Origin: Geosiphon pyriformis uo1
Lineage: Eukaryota; Fungi; Glomeromycota
Assembly: GCA_016748015.1 (NCBI GenBank)
Contig: JAAOMT010000503.1
Coordinates: 124,001-188,000, forward strand
Direction: 5' to 3'
DNA: 64,000 nucleotides
A program made the translations under genes and the position numbers. Below, piece by piece: positions 34,317 to 47,595 of this stretch. The notes beneath the pieces are model-generated. The model had not been told where the DNA came from and ran no database searches. It saw nothing but the letters and a program-made list of their open reading frames with translations. Each line of letters opens with the position of its first letter. The stretch's first letter is position 1.

Positions 34317-35533
34317 TTGGCCACTTTGAATTCATAATATTTAGATTTGTGGTAACTCTTCTTGACACTTGAAATGTGATGCAAAATAACATTAACCCAA
34401 ACTCTATTACTAATCATAAGATGAACTTTGGAAGCTTCCATTTCATTAATGGTCAACCAAGTATTAACCAGATAGTCAACTGTCAAACCCAGCTCTGAAC
34501 TCAAACTTTTGACAATCTTGAACAACAGCAGTTCCAACCTGAAAAATTTTGAAGATAACTTATTTCTAGCACAATTGAACTTGTTATACCAGAGCCGAGA
34601 AAAAATAATATTAGCAGAATCAACCACCACTTCTCTGAGAATCTCTCACATCACATCCAAGTCGCCACTGTGTTCTGCATTAAAAAACTTCTCAGCTTTC
34701 ACCAAAAATCTCCTTGAAAAACACAACCTAAAACATTTCCACCCACTATCATCCACCTCCTTCAAATTGAACTTCCAACAATCTTTATTAGTCTGTTTGC
34801 ATGCATTGTTCAAGTGAACATTCAGAAGGCCCCCCAAGCCCACAGAGATGGAAACAGCACTATAATCAGTATCAAAAAACTCAGAAATGGAACCAAAATT
34901 ATGGCCAGCCACTGCTAAAATAAAACTCTTGCTAACAAAAATGTAGTCAATAACTCTATTAACACCCTTAGAGTTGTTCTATATAGGTGTACTTGCCAGA
35001 GAATGATCACCAAAAGAATTAACTAAGCTCAAATTTGAACAAAACCCAAGACTTGCACTTCTTCTAGCTCTATCCTCATTAAAATCACCACCCAAGATGA
35101 CAAAAGTACTAGAATTAACCACTCAGGCAATAAAAGAATTGATCTCTGAGGCCAGACTAAATCTAACACCAGAAAAAACACCAGCGTATAGACCGATAAT
35201 TGAAACTGAAGTTCTGTCCTTGAAGAAAAAACAAACTGAGACAACACAACCAGGAATCTCCTTCACCTTTGAAACATAACATGCCAAGGAATTGTTCATA
35301 ATAATAGCCACACCAACACCAAGAAAACTCTTATCCAAACCAGAAGTAAAAATCTGCACTCCATTGAACTTGTTCATGATCCAAGGCCTAATGTTACATC
35401 TCAGCTTTGTTTCTGTTATTATTGAAATCATATTCCCAGAATCCTTGTGCCAGCGCACAACATCTTCCTGTTTAGCAAGCACATTGATGCCCTGAACATT
35501 GCACATAGCTATTTTCCATATCAAACTACTCAT
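34317..35533 (-). pseudogene. LINE-1st copy ORF2 N-terminus: APE endonuclease
   Basis: Contains MSSLIWKIAMCNVQG, ITETK, LGGDFN, VIDYIF and DTDY (SDH-like) APE motifs. Confidence 0.92.
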
Positions 35534-37406
35534 TGGGATGAAGAAAAAGACAAGGGACCTGAATCAGCATACAAGTGATCTAATTTTACCAAAACTGAAC
35601 CAACAAAAGCTTTAAGAGCCACCAGTTTAGATTTCAAACTGCCAACTTTAGTTGTCAAGACTTTTAAGCTGTTTAGACTCAAGATTGACACACTAGAGGA
35701 AGCAGATGAGGGGAGTGAAAGTACCAACTCAAGACCATCCACAATTATATCCAAAGCCAAATTTTTCTCGGCAGTAACAAAGGTAGCTGAAACTTTAGAG
35801 GAAGGAGATAGAGCTTGTGGCACCAATTCCATGTTGCTGAGCTTACACACAATACCAGAAACTTGGTCAGTCAACAGCTTCAACGATTGTTCCAAAAAAG
35901 CCAAGTGAGCATCCAAAGATGAGTTGTCAACCAAAGCAAAAGAAAGACCATCATTTAAACCTGAGATGCCAGAAGAAGGAGAACCAAAGCCAGAAGTAAA
36001 GTGAAAACTATCAGAAGAACCAACAAGTGAGACTACCTGGGCCCAAAATTTGCCATCAAAGGCAGTGAGGCGAGATATCAAAACACTTTTTTTCTCATAC
36101 AAATTCACCAACTAAAGACGATGTTTATCAGATGTAACTTTTTTAAATAGCTTTGAAGACTTAGAAATGGACACAGTAAGTACATCACATTCTAAAGCAG
36201 AATGTCCAAACTTCCCACATTTCTTATACCAAACCAGATCCAATTTTGTCCAAGAAAGTTTTATCTCATTAAAGACAGGCTCTGTAAGAAAGGCAGATTC
36301 TAGATTATTATTAGAGGCAAAACTGACTATCACACAGCAAATCCTATTACCATTTTCTATGAATTTGTTTATGATGCATGTTTTCCTACCAGCCTTTTTT
36401 AAAAGATTGCCCAAATATGAGCAGTTGTTCTCACAGGTAGAGTAAACAGAAGTGCTCTGAACCGATCCTTAGATGCCCAAGTCTCACAATCCCCTACTGC
36501 TTTGGCTACATGCACAGAATTTTTACCAATCAGAAATGACTACTTTGAGGCCAACAAATCAGCTTAGTCTATTTCAGCAAACTCCACCACAGTCTTTTGC
36601 CACATTTCAATTAATTGAATTCTGATCAACTTAATTTCCCCAAATTCAGATACTATGGTGATGATCATATCTTTAGGCGTATTCATGGGAATTTCCTTGA
36701 TTATCACAGCCTGATCTGATCTCATTCCTTGTTTTTTAAGATTATTGTTTACATCAATCCCTTTTTCTCTGGCCAATGATGTGGCCATTTCCATGCTTTC
36801 TTCAGAAGTAAATGTTGATCAGATAATCTCTTCAAATTTTGAGGGGGTAGTGGCCCCTCTAAAACCATTGACTGTTGAAAAATTTTTTCTAATTAACTAA
36901 GTCTTTGCCATTGCCAATTTATCTTCTATAGCTGAGAGATTAATATCCAAAGCAAATGACTTTTTAATTGACACTTCCATAGAAGTCTTGATAATTTTAG
37001 GGTCAATCCACTTTTTTTCTAGAGAGATAGACAAGTAAGAAGGGAGCACCACTTCTTTATCATCCATATAAAAGTTGGGAGAGCCAAGTAGAAAACCAAA
37101 GCCAGCACCAGTGTTGACTCGCTTTGCCTTGAGTGTAGTAACAGCTGAGCCCAAAAGAGACTCACCATTCACTTTAGACATGCTAACATCCTCATCCTCA
37201 CCAGATAGACTCTTCACATCAAAATAAACACTGCCACTAGATCCAGATTTGCTCAAAAATATATCCCTTTCATCACCAGAGTATTTTATATTGTTAAGAA
37301 CAACTTTTTTCTTCTGAGAAAAAAAGCCACCAGCAGAACCGTGAAAAGCACCCTTAGGAGCCTTCTTCTTAAGTGTGGTGCTACTAGCAGTAGCCTTCAT
37401 ATCCAC
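35530..37406 (-). pseudogene. LINE-1st copy ORF1 (RRM-like, CCHC knuckle, coiled coil)
   Basis: Contains VIIKEIPM..SEFGEI..WQKTVVEF and YKKCGKFGHSALEC; colinear with 58859-60673. Confidence 0.88.
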
Positions 37407-37497
37407 GAAAAATGGGTTATTATTAGGTGAAAAAATATTGATATAGATTAAAAAAAACAAAAAACTTTTTTTTTTTTCAGAAAATGCACTTTTTCAG

Positions 37498-38381
37498 TAT
37501 TACTCATAGAAAAAACAGATATAGAAAAATAATAGACCAATAGAAAAACAGTATGTAGCATGTGAACACATTGCTTAGCAATGTAGAGCAATGATAAAAA
37601 TCACAGCACATTGCTTAGCAATGTGGAGCAATGTCAGAAAACATGGCACATTGCTCAATAATATGAAGCAATATTAGAAAATAAGAGCACATTGCTCAAC
37701 AATGTGGAGCAATATTAGAAAATGAAAGCACATCACTCAACAATATGAGCATTGCTCAAGAAATTATAGCACATTGCTCAGGAATATGAGCGATCTCATA
37801 GAACATCAATTATGTATATATAGTGATAGCATTAAAAGTAGAAAGAACAGAATTCATTAGTTAAAAACCTTTCACATTACAAATATCAATAAATAATTAT
37901 TTACTATCTCAATTCACTCTCCACTATTAACACTACATATTAATAGTAATTGATACTTAATCACACTAGAACAATAGCTCTTGATCATGGCTATTGATGG
38001 GATATTAACTTGCAATTGCTTTCATTTATTTCTTTATTTTTCTTTTATTTTTTTTGTTTTAGTATTTCTTTGGTTTTACTAAAAATTAATTAAAGATTAA
38101 GTGCTGTCATAGTAACTGGTAAAAAACCCATAAAACAAGGGTAAAACACTTATAGATTTGAGAATAGCTTACCAAGAAGATTATTAGCCACCACACTGAG
38201 AAAGAAATTTGACAAAACTGTGATTTTGGGAAGCTATAGATAAAATCATCAATTAAAATCTCTGTCTATTATACAAAGAACTCTACAACAAAACTTTCAG
38301 ATATCAACATCTGAGTATCAACCAAGCACCAAGTTACGGATTTGTTATTTGACCTGAGATCCCAAATAATTATCTGTAACA
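37498..38381 (+). repeat. 5' LTR of D
   Basis: Ends tattactc...tgtaaca; followed by TT and PBS TGGTGCTCTCTGTAAG (38384-38399). Confidence 0.95.
37567..37790 (+). repeat. U3 tandem array of palindromic CACATTGCT-N-AGCAATGTG units (~40-41 bp period); also at 1245-1420, 10580-10755 and 46812-46995
   Basis: Directly visible. Confidence 0.9.
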
Positions 38382-38441
38382 TTTGGTGCTCTCTGTAAGA
38401 TATAATCCTACAGAGAACCAGCACCAACAAATAAATCAACA

Positions 38442-41400
38442 GTGGCAGATTCAGAAAGTATAAGAGCAAACCATTTAGGATTTGCAAAATTCTTATTTCA
38501 ACACTACTGTCAACACTTGGAATTGAACTACAATCAGATATCAGCAAAATCAGCCTTCAATTTCTATGTCAACAAAAGAATTGCCTATTTTTTAAGAACA
38601 CCAGTAAACACTAAATCAGCGAGAGAAACTTTTTACCACGAATTAATCCAAAACACCAGCTTACTAACAAATTATAATTTTGCATCCATTATTACTGAGA
38701 TTAATAAAGAAATTAAATATCACACACAACAAAGATACTCAATTACTTATGCCAGTAAAGACAAAGAAAAATTACAAACACCAGCAGTAACACCTCAACA
38801 GATCCAACTACTCACTTGGAAAAAACACAGAATTGAATTACCAACAAATTCATCATATCACTATATACCTGGAAGTGCTATCAACATCATATCAACAGGC
38901 ACATCCACATCAAATACAACATCCACATTTGGACACTTCTCATTTCAGAGTAAACAGAAAAAAGAAGATCTTTTAGGACCATATAGTGTGTATTTCAAAG
39001 AATTTAAGTCACAATCGCCAATGCCATTAGGACTTCAATTTTCACTACTGTAACCAGATTTCGGAACTGCGAGTCTCTGGGAAGTAACAGATTCGGAAGA
39101 AGAACAAGAAGAAGAGAAAGAAAAATCTGAAGATCAAGAATTTACTTACCAGAACCCGATTCCAAAAAACTTGAACATTGAAACCCTGAATTTTCAGACT
39201 CAGCAAAATCCAAATTTAAAAAATCCAGAAATTGAGACTCCGAATTTCCAAATGCAGCACCATCAAAACAATCACAACTCTGACATCAATAATCAACAAC
39301 ACTTACCTCCAGTAATCATGATTAATTCAGCTCCACCAATTGACAAACAGCAACAGCAGCTACTTCAACCATCTCAACAACCATAGCAGCCACTTCAACA
39401 GCCATAACAACAACTGTAATAACCAAATGTTGATCCAATGGCTTACGCTCCGATAGTAAAACTTAAGAAATTCACCGGTGAAAAAAACGACACCCAAGTG
39501 TGGCTAAACAATGTGAAAAAAGCCATCATAGCCAATGGCTGGAATAATGCCAGAGCCATGCAGGCCATTTCTTATTTTTTCCAAGATACCACCAATTTAT
39601 GGTATCAAAGCTTGGCTAACAAACCCCAAGATTTTGCTGCATTTAAGCTTGCATTTCTACAATATTTCAGCAACAATAATAGTATTAATCAGCTAGCAAA
39701 CACTTTCACCACTATCAAACAAAGGGAAAATGAAGCAGTCACTACTTATCTAGGACACTTCCATAGAAATCTGCACCAGATTCAAGCAATCCAGGCTGAC
39801 TATTTTACAGTGCTCCAAATCCTAAACCAATTTATTAGAGGTCTGTATAGTAGCATCTTCCAACGCATATGTCCAATGCATCCAACAGACCTTCAAGCCA
39901 TAGTTACCAACACCTGAGATTTTGAAGCAGCTAAACTCGAAGCTAACCATGCCCAAGCTATTAACCTAGTAATGAATGGATCATCTGAATTGGATTCTAA
40001 ATTGAAACAATTCAGTGATTCAATTAATCAGAAATTGGAAGGATACTTAATTGACAATCATGCAATTTATTAATCACCACAACAATGCAATAATTCAGAA
40101 AACCTGAATTGTTTCCAAAATCAGTTACATCTATCATCATCAAATCAGTTGTGGCAACAAGAGACGCATGTTTGCCATAATTGTGATAAACAAGGCCATA
40201 TTAGAGCCAACTACTGATTTTATAATAATAACCCATGATTGGGAAATCAATATCAAAACTCCAATCCCTGGTTTTCAACTCCAAATTACCAATCCAACCT
40301 AGCACTATATCAACCGACTTACCTGTTAATGACACAACAGCCAATATATCAACCACCCATATATCAATTTCCAGTTTATTAACCACAGCCACTGGTAATA
40401 TATCAATCACTGCAGCCACAAATAATTTATCAAACACCTGCAGTTCAAACACTACCATCAAACCCCACTCAAATGACATCAGGAAACTCTAGATTGAGAG
40501 TCATCCAAAACTGGAAATCGGTGATGGTTGTTCACCAACTGATCTCCAGTTCATTCAACTAGCTGTTAGAATCACAACAGCAAAGTTCAGGAACTGGGTA
40601 TACTTAAAACCCGAGTTTCCAGAACTATTTAAGTCTTTTGGTTATCACAGAAGATGCCTCACCCAACACTTGGGAACCCAAACAGAAGCAATCACTTACC
40701 AATATTCTGCCAGCTACTGTCATGGAAAACGAGTCTCTAGCAGCTATATTTCCCTTCAAAATTGAGGAACTGACAGAAACTCCTTTGTTCAGTAGAGCCA
40801 CACTCAAGGAAAAACCTATTACAGCAATGTACACAGATGTCAAAATTGATGGTCAGTCTATCAAACTGATCCTAGATAGTGGATCAGCCAGCAGCATCAT
40901 CACAAGACAACTCATGGACCAATTAGGTCACCGAGTTGATCGAGCTGCCAGTGCAAAAATAATTACAGCTGATGGAGCCACCAAGACTCTAATTGGTGAA
41001 ATAGATAACTTGCCCATAGAAATCAATAGTATCACTGTACCAATTAAGGTATTAGTCATGGAAGCCACTCAATACCAAGCACTAGTGGGTAATGACTGGC
41101 TGTTTAAAATCAATGCGACACTTGACTGGAACACCCAAAAGCTCCAGCTTAGCCAGAATGGACAATACACACGTGTACCAGCCATGTATAACCATTTCAA
41201 ACCCATCACTATGCCATCAGCTCTATTTATCGAATTTGAAGAAGAAAAAGAGAAACCTACTTGGGAAGCATACCAAATCTCTTGGGCCAACAAAGACCAC
41301 AACAAGCTACCACCAATACTTTCTTGGAACAACAAGGGAAAAGAAAAGAAAAACAAAGAACTTACCTGGAATACCAACCAAAACTGGGAAACAGATAACA

Positions 41401-44400
41401 ACCAAGATGAACCAGCCAACTGGAAGTGAAAAGAAACTGATAAGAGAAAGGGAAAAGAGAAAGAAGAAGAAACCACTTTCATCAACAGCACTTATAGTTC
41501 AGATGTTTACACTTCATCACTACCATTCAATTATTGTCAACCAAAATTGGAATGTGTCAATTGCAGCAAAAAATTGTCATTAATGAGTGCATATTGTGGT
41601 GATGACAAAGAATACTCCATGGCCACAAGATTCTACTGCTGCCCATGTGTTATAAAGTGCTTTGGACAACCGAAATGACAAGGAAAGTGGAATAACCAAC
41701 TATGTCTCACATATGGAACTATTCTACCTGACAAAGAAATATGGAATAACATTTCTGGGCATAGAGAAACATGCAACAAGACATACCAGTACACCATACT
41801 AATAAACAATTAGATAAGCAAAGGAACACCAATTAACAATGCATAGAAATGAGTGTTGTGATGATTAAAAGAATATCCCCACAATGAAGATGAACTATAG
41901 AGAATAGTGTATGCGAAAGCAGAAGACGTGACAACTAGCGAATTACTAGAGATTAAAAATAATCCTCTATTTCTTCCTGAACCCAAATACATTCAAACTT
42001 TTGATGTCTTTGGCAACATTGAGGATGACCCAGAAGAATTTCATGAACATTATCAGCATTTGGCATCTACTAGGGAAGAACAAGAGCAGTATTTAGAACA
42101 GTTGAACACTTGATTATGTTAACATTGCTTAATTCTATATGACTTTCAGTATTGTAATGAGTGTGACCTCATTTACAATCTATCACCACACATGATCTAC
42201 ATAATCTCAGAAGAAGATGAACCAATGAACAGCTGTGCATCCGAATTGAAATCAATTTTCAATCCCAATTCAAACTCCAACAACGATGATGATGAAAACA
42301 ATGGTTCCAGCTTCACTCCAAATAGCAATGAAAATGACAACGATTCAAACTCCAATTCAAATCCTGAAACATTTATCATACTTCTTAACCTTTTCAAAGA
42401 ACAGGAACTTAAATGGTTCAGCGATAATGATAAAGATATCATGCCAGAACGCATGCATGATACTAATACAGGATTTGATCTAAGATATTCAGAGAAAGAT
42501 CCCATCAAATTGGAACCACATTTGCGCACTTACATCGATCTGAAAATAGTACAGCAACAACAATAGTTCAACTAGCATCCAGGAGTAGTTTAGCAAAAAA
42601 AGTGATAAACATTAGAGGAGAAATAATTAATGCAGGATATGTAGGAAATATCATTGCTATGCTACAAAATAATTCAGAAAAAGCATATACTATAAATTCA
42701 AATGAAAAGATAGCACAGACAATATTCCTACTTTTGGTGAAAATAGCTCAATTAGTGTTAATGAGAAACAGAGAAGAATTAGAGATTACTGCTAAAGAGA
42801 TACAGAGATTTAGATCAATGGAAAAAATAGATGTACCAGTTAATATGGCAGAGGAAAAAATTATTGACAAAGGAGAAATTATCTCAATCCATCAATCAAT
42901 TTCTGTTTCATCATATGACCAGTATATGTTAGCCATAAAAAGAAAAGTAAAAGATCAAGCTCAATTGTTTGAAGCAGAAGCCATCATTTGTGAATCAGGA
43001 GAGATTGAACTCACTAATTTCTACATATTAGCCAAAAGCCCCAAAAACATCAAAATTCCCATCTATAATGCAACTGGAAAGATCATTGAAATACCAAAAG
43101 GAACTATCATTGGATATTTAACCACTCAAGTTGAGGATCAACCACCAAACCACATTCCAGATTTTCCACAACTTTGCAGATATGTGGACATTACATTACA
43201 GACTATATATGGATGAAGTGAATGTTATCTAATCAGAACAATTGGAACAGATCAACATAGGAAATCTAGATCCACTCCAACAAATGCAACTAAAGATGTT
43301 ACTTAGCAATTTCAATGACATCTTTACAAGTGAAAATGAATTTGGCCGCACCAATATCATTTAGCATCAGATCAAGACTGGAGATACAATGCCAATTAAG
43401 CAAAGAGCATATAGAGTATCACCAACTAGCCATGAGATCATTCATTAAGAAATCAATTAGATGTTCGACAATGGGCTAATTCAGCCATCAATAAGTCCAT
43501 GGTCGTTACCAGTAGTACTAATCTGAAAGAAGAATGGAAAAATTTACTTTTGTGTAGATTACCAAAAATTGAATGGAGTAATCAAAGGAAACAGCTACCT
43601 AACTCCAAAGATCCAAGAACTATTCAACATCTTTGGAGAAAATAAATGATTCTCAACACTAGATTTAAATAGTGGTTACTAGCAAGTAGTCATGGACCCA
43701 GCTGATAAAGAAAAGACTGCATTCATGACAAGAGAAGAGAATTTCGATTTGAAGTTATACCATTTGGCTTAATAAACACTCCAGTGACATTCCAATGACT
43801 CATGGAAATTGTCTATACTAGATTACTATGAAAATCAGTAGTCATATACTTAAACAACACAAATGTATTTTTTAAGACATTTGATGACCATCTACATCAT
43901 CTCCAACAAGTGTTTGAAAGACTCAGACAAGCAGGATTGAAACTAAATGCCAACAAATGCTTCTTTGGCAAAACTGAGCTCAAGTTTTTGGGACATGTAG
44001 TAAGCAAAGATGATATCAAAACAGATTCAGATAAGATTACAATAGTAAAAAACTTTCCAGTACCAACAAACTTGCCAGAACTAAGAACATTTTTGGGATT
44101 CACAGGCTATTATTGCCACTTCATCAAGAACTTTTCTAAACTAGCCCAGCCACTTCACTATCTACAAACCAAGAATGTGAAGTATGAATGGACTGAAGCT
44201 CAACAAGAAGCATTTGACATATTAAGAAGAAAGCTTATTCAAGCTCCAATATTGATGTATCCAGACCACAGCAAACCATTAATCCTCACTATGGATGCAT
44301 CAGGTCAAGCATTGGGAGCAGTACTATCACAGAAAAGACCAGATGGAAGAGAACATCCAGTAGTTTATGCTAGTAGAAGCTTAAGTTCAGTCAAAAAAAA

Positions 44401-44649
44401 CTTTGAAATACCAACACTAGAACATTTAACAATCTATTGGGCAGTTATGAAATAGAGAGAATACTTGAGCCAAAAGTTTGAAATATATATGGATCACAAG
44501 AGATTGACTTCAATCCAGAAACAAAAATTTGCAGATGATTGCCATGCCAGATGAAAAATAGAACTTTCATCATTTAATTATACAATACATTATAAAAAAA
44601 AAAAGACAATGGAAATGTTGACAGATTGTTGTGAATGAGACAAATCTAA
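38442..44649 (+). pseudogene. gag-pol of D
   Basis: Contains MAYAPIVKLKKFTGE (capsid), CHNCDKQGH, LILDSGSA (intact protease DSG), TGFDLRY/SRSSLA/IINAGY (dUTPase ~42410-42830), RT, and MDASGQALGAVLSQ (RNase H); ends ..MRQI* at TAA 44647-44649. Confidence 0.93.
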
Positions 44650-44679
44650 AAACATTTCAACCCAAAAATATAACAAAAC

Positions 44680-46038
44680 ATGAATATGCAAAAATACCAA
44701 CAACTTCAACATTATATAAATACTCAATTGTTCAAGGAAAAATTATCTCAAAAAGAACAAAACAACATAAAACAACAATCAAAATATTTTATTAATCATC
44801 AAAATATACTTTACCAAAAGAACAGAAGAAATCCAGATCAACCAATTAGAGTAATCACAGAACCAGAAAAAGAGACAATATTATTCAACATACACTCAGA
44901 CCCAACAGTAAGACATTTTCATAAAGAAGCAACCATGGAAAGAACCAGAAAAAGATACTATTGGCCATTAATGTATTCAAATATCATCCAATATGTTCAA
45001 AATTGTGATGCTTGTCAGAGAAGAAGAGGAACAAAACCCAGTGAACCATTAAGACCAATCAAAGTAGGACAACCATTTGATTGCATTGGAATTGACTTAG
45101 TTAGATCATTAACAATCACCAGCAAAGGCAACAGATATATTACAGTAGCTATAGATTATCTCACTAAATGGCCAGAAGCAAAAGCCATTCAAAGAGCAGA
45201 TGCAGAATCTGTTGCCGAATTCATTTATCAAGATTTGGTTTGTCAACATGGATGTCCAAAAAAACTACTATCAGATCAAAGAACTCACTTTGTGAATAGA
45301 ACACTGGCAGAATTAAGTCAAAGATTTGAAGTTAAAAGACCATACCATCCACAAACCAATAGACTAGTTGAAAGATTTAATAGAATACTGTGTGAAGCAG
45401 TTGCCAAGATCAGTCAAGAAAACCAGAATAAATAGGATTTGTTTATACTATCAGTACTATTTGCTTATTGGATAATGAAGCAAGACACTACACAAGCAAC
45501 ACCATTTAAATTAGTATATGGTAGAACAGCAACATTACCAGTTAAGATAGAAGTCAACACTTATCCAACAAAACCAATAACTGAAGACAATTTTCAGGAA
45601 ATGTTGCCAAGAAAAACATATAACTTGATGGAAACTCTAGAAAACAAGCAACGAAAAGCAGCTGATAATATTTAAAAGTCACAAGAGAAACACAATAACC
45701 AACTACCAGACAAACCAGTTGAATTCAAGATTGGAGACAAAGTACTTCTACATTGTACTAAAGCGGAAAAACAATGAAGTAAAAAATTTGACCCGAAATG
45801 GAATGGACCATTTCACATTAAAAAAATTCTTGGAAATGGAGCTTATAAATTAAGATGGGACAACAGAATTTTAGCCAAAACAGCACATAATGATTGATTA
45901 AAACCATATCACCAAATAGTATCATCATCTACTAATAACATTCCACAACTGGGAGTACAAAAAATATTAGTCCAATCAGATGAGATTCCATGAGATCTGA
46001 AACCAATCATAGTTATTGAACCAAACACGTCAAATTGA
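44680..46038 (+). pseudogene. Integrase of D, own ATG
   Basis: Starts MNMQKYQQ; contains CDAC, GIDLV, LSDQRTHF, PYHPQTNRLVERFN and WNGPF. Confidence 0.93.
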
Positions 46039-46728
46039 ACAAACCAAAGAGTATATAAAGACACAGTATATACGACAAAAGCAACCAAGAAAAATAGAAA
46101 TACCAGATCATATTCACACTATAGCTCAACAATTATTCCAGGCCTTAAGTGAACAACAGTTAGACATGGAAATTGTTATTAACAACCAAATAATTTGCTA
46201 TTAAAACAACCAAAGAAAAACAAAGAATACACCATACTAGTGACCACCAAAAAACAATAAAAACTGGACAGATAACTTAATAGAAAAAGTGAAAAACACT
46301 TTTGGAAAAATTCTTGTTATGACATCAATAGAAGAGCTTATGAAAGAAAATTGGAAGCAATGGACAGAACGACTTCCAATATCATATTGTTACTACCAAT
46401 TAAGTCAAAAGTTGAATATTCAGGAGTTGTATATCAACAAATCCAAGAGAATATTCAACCAAAACATAATACAACAAATTGAAAAATTTATTGGAAAAAA
46501 ACAAATTTAACACTACATGTTAGAACAATATACTGACTATACAACATATTTTGGAACTATCCAGAAGTACTGTTACACTCTGACATGGAAACCATAACCA
46601 TCAACCAATGAGGAAGAATGAACAATACACAAGTAGAAGATGTGAGAAACAGAGTCAAACAAACAATACTTGAAAAAGAAGTATTAAAATTAATTCAAAA
46701 CAAAGATTTTAACAGAGCTCAATATTAA
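46013..46728 (+). pseudogene. ORF3 of D, degraded (stops and one frameshift)
   Basis: ORFs 46016-46204 and 46289-46510, plus the shifted tail LHVRTIY*LYNIFWNYPEVLLHSDMETITINQ*GRMN; colinear with A 1501-2217. Confidence 0.68.
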
Positions 46729-46742
46729 AAAAGAGGAGATAA

Positions 46743-47595
46743 TGTTACTCATAGAAAAAACAGATATAGGAAAATAATAGACCAATAGAAGAACAGTATG
46801 TAGCATATGAGCACATTGCTCAGCAATGTAGAGCAATAATAAAAATCACAGCATATTGCTTAGCAATATGGAGCAATATCAGAAAACATGGCACATTGCT
46901 CAACAATGTAGAGCAATGTTAGAAAATAAGAGCACATTGCTCAGCAATGTAAGCATTGCTTAAAAAATTATAGCACATTACTCGGAAATGTGAGCAATCT
47001 TGTAGAACATCAATTATGTAATATAGTGGTAGTGTTAGAAGTAGAAAAAGCAGAATCCATCAGTTAGAAACCTTCCACATCACAAATATCAATAAATAAT
47101 TATTCATTATCTCAATTCACTTTTCACTATCAACACTACATATTGATAGTAATTGATACTTAACTACACTAGAACAATAGCTCTTGATCACAGCTATTGA
47201 CAGGATATTAACTTGCAATTGTTTTCGTTTATTTCTTTATTTTTCTTTTATTTCTTTTGTTTTGGTATTTCTTTGGTTTTATTAAAAATTGATTAAAGAT
47301 TAAGCGCTGAGATACAGATGTCATAGTGACTAGTAAAAGACCCATAAAACAAGGGTAGAACACTCATAGATTTGAGGATAGCTTATCAGAAAGATTACTG
47401 GCCACTATACTAAGAAAGAAATTTGACAAAACTGTAATTTTGGGAAGCTATGAATAAAACCATCAATTAAAATCTCTGTCCATTATACAAAAAACTCTAC
47501 AACAAAACTTTCAGATATCAACACCTGAGTACTAACCAAGCACCAAGTTACGGATTTGTTATTTGACCTGAGACCCCAAATAATTATCTATAACA
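46743..47595 (+). repeat. 3' LTR of D
   Basis: Preceded by PPT aaaaaagaggagataa; ends tgttactc...tataaca. Confidence 0.95.

Larger units (their letters stand above)
37498..47595 (+). mobile_element. Ty3/gypsy D (A-family, ~10.1 kb) inserted in the LINE 5' UTR
   Basis: LTRs at 37498-38381 and 46743-47595; TSD tcag/tcgg. The joined flanks (cagaaaatgcactttttcggagatttgtggaggtaag) match the second LINE 5' end at 60742-60776. Confidence 0.95.

Noticed and set aside
37567-37790. Palindromic repeats with short variable spacers that look CRISPR-like
   Set aside because: The spacers resemble one another, the array recurs in all four A/D LTRs, there are no cas genes, and the context is eukaryotic TE.
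38325-38392. Canonical Tf1-type self-priming
   Set aside because: Candidate TATA boxes lie several hundred bp upstream, so the anti-PBS is unlikely to be at the transcript 5' end, and the PBS starts with tRNA-type TGG. Kept only as a minor alternative.
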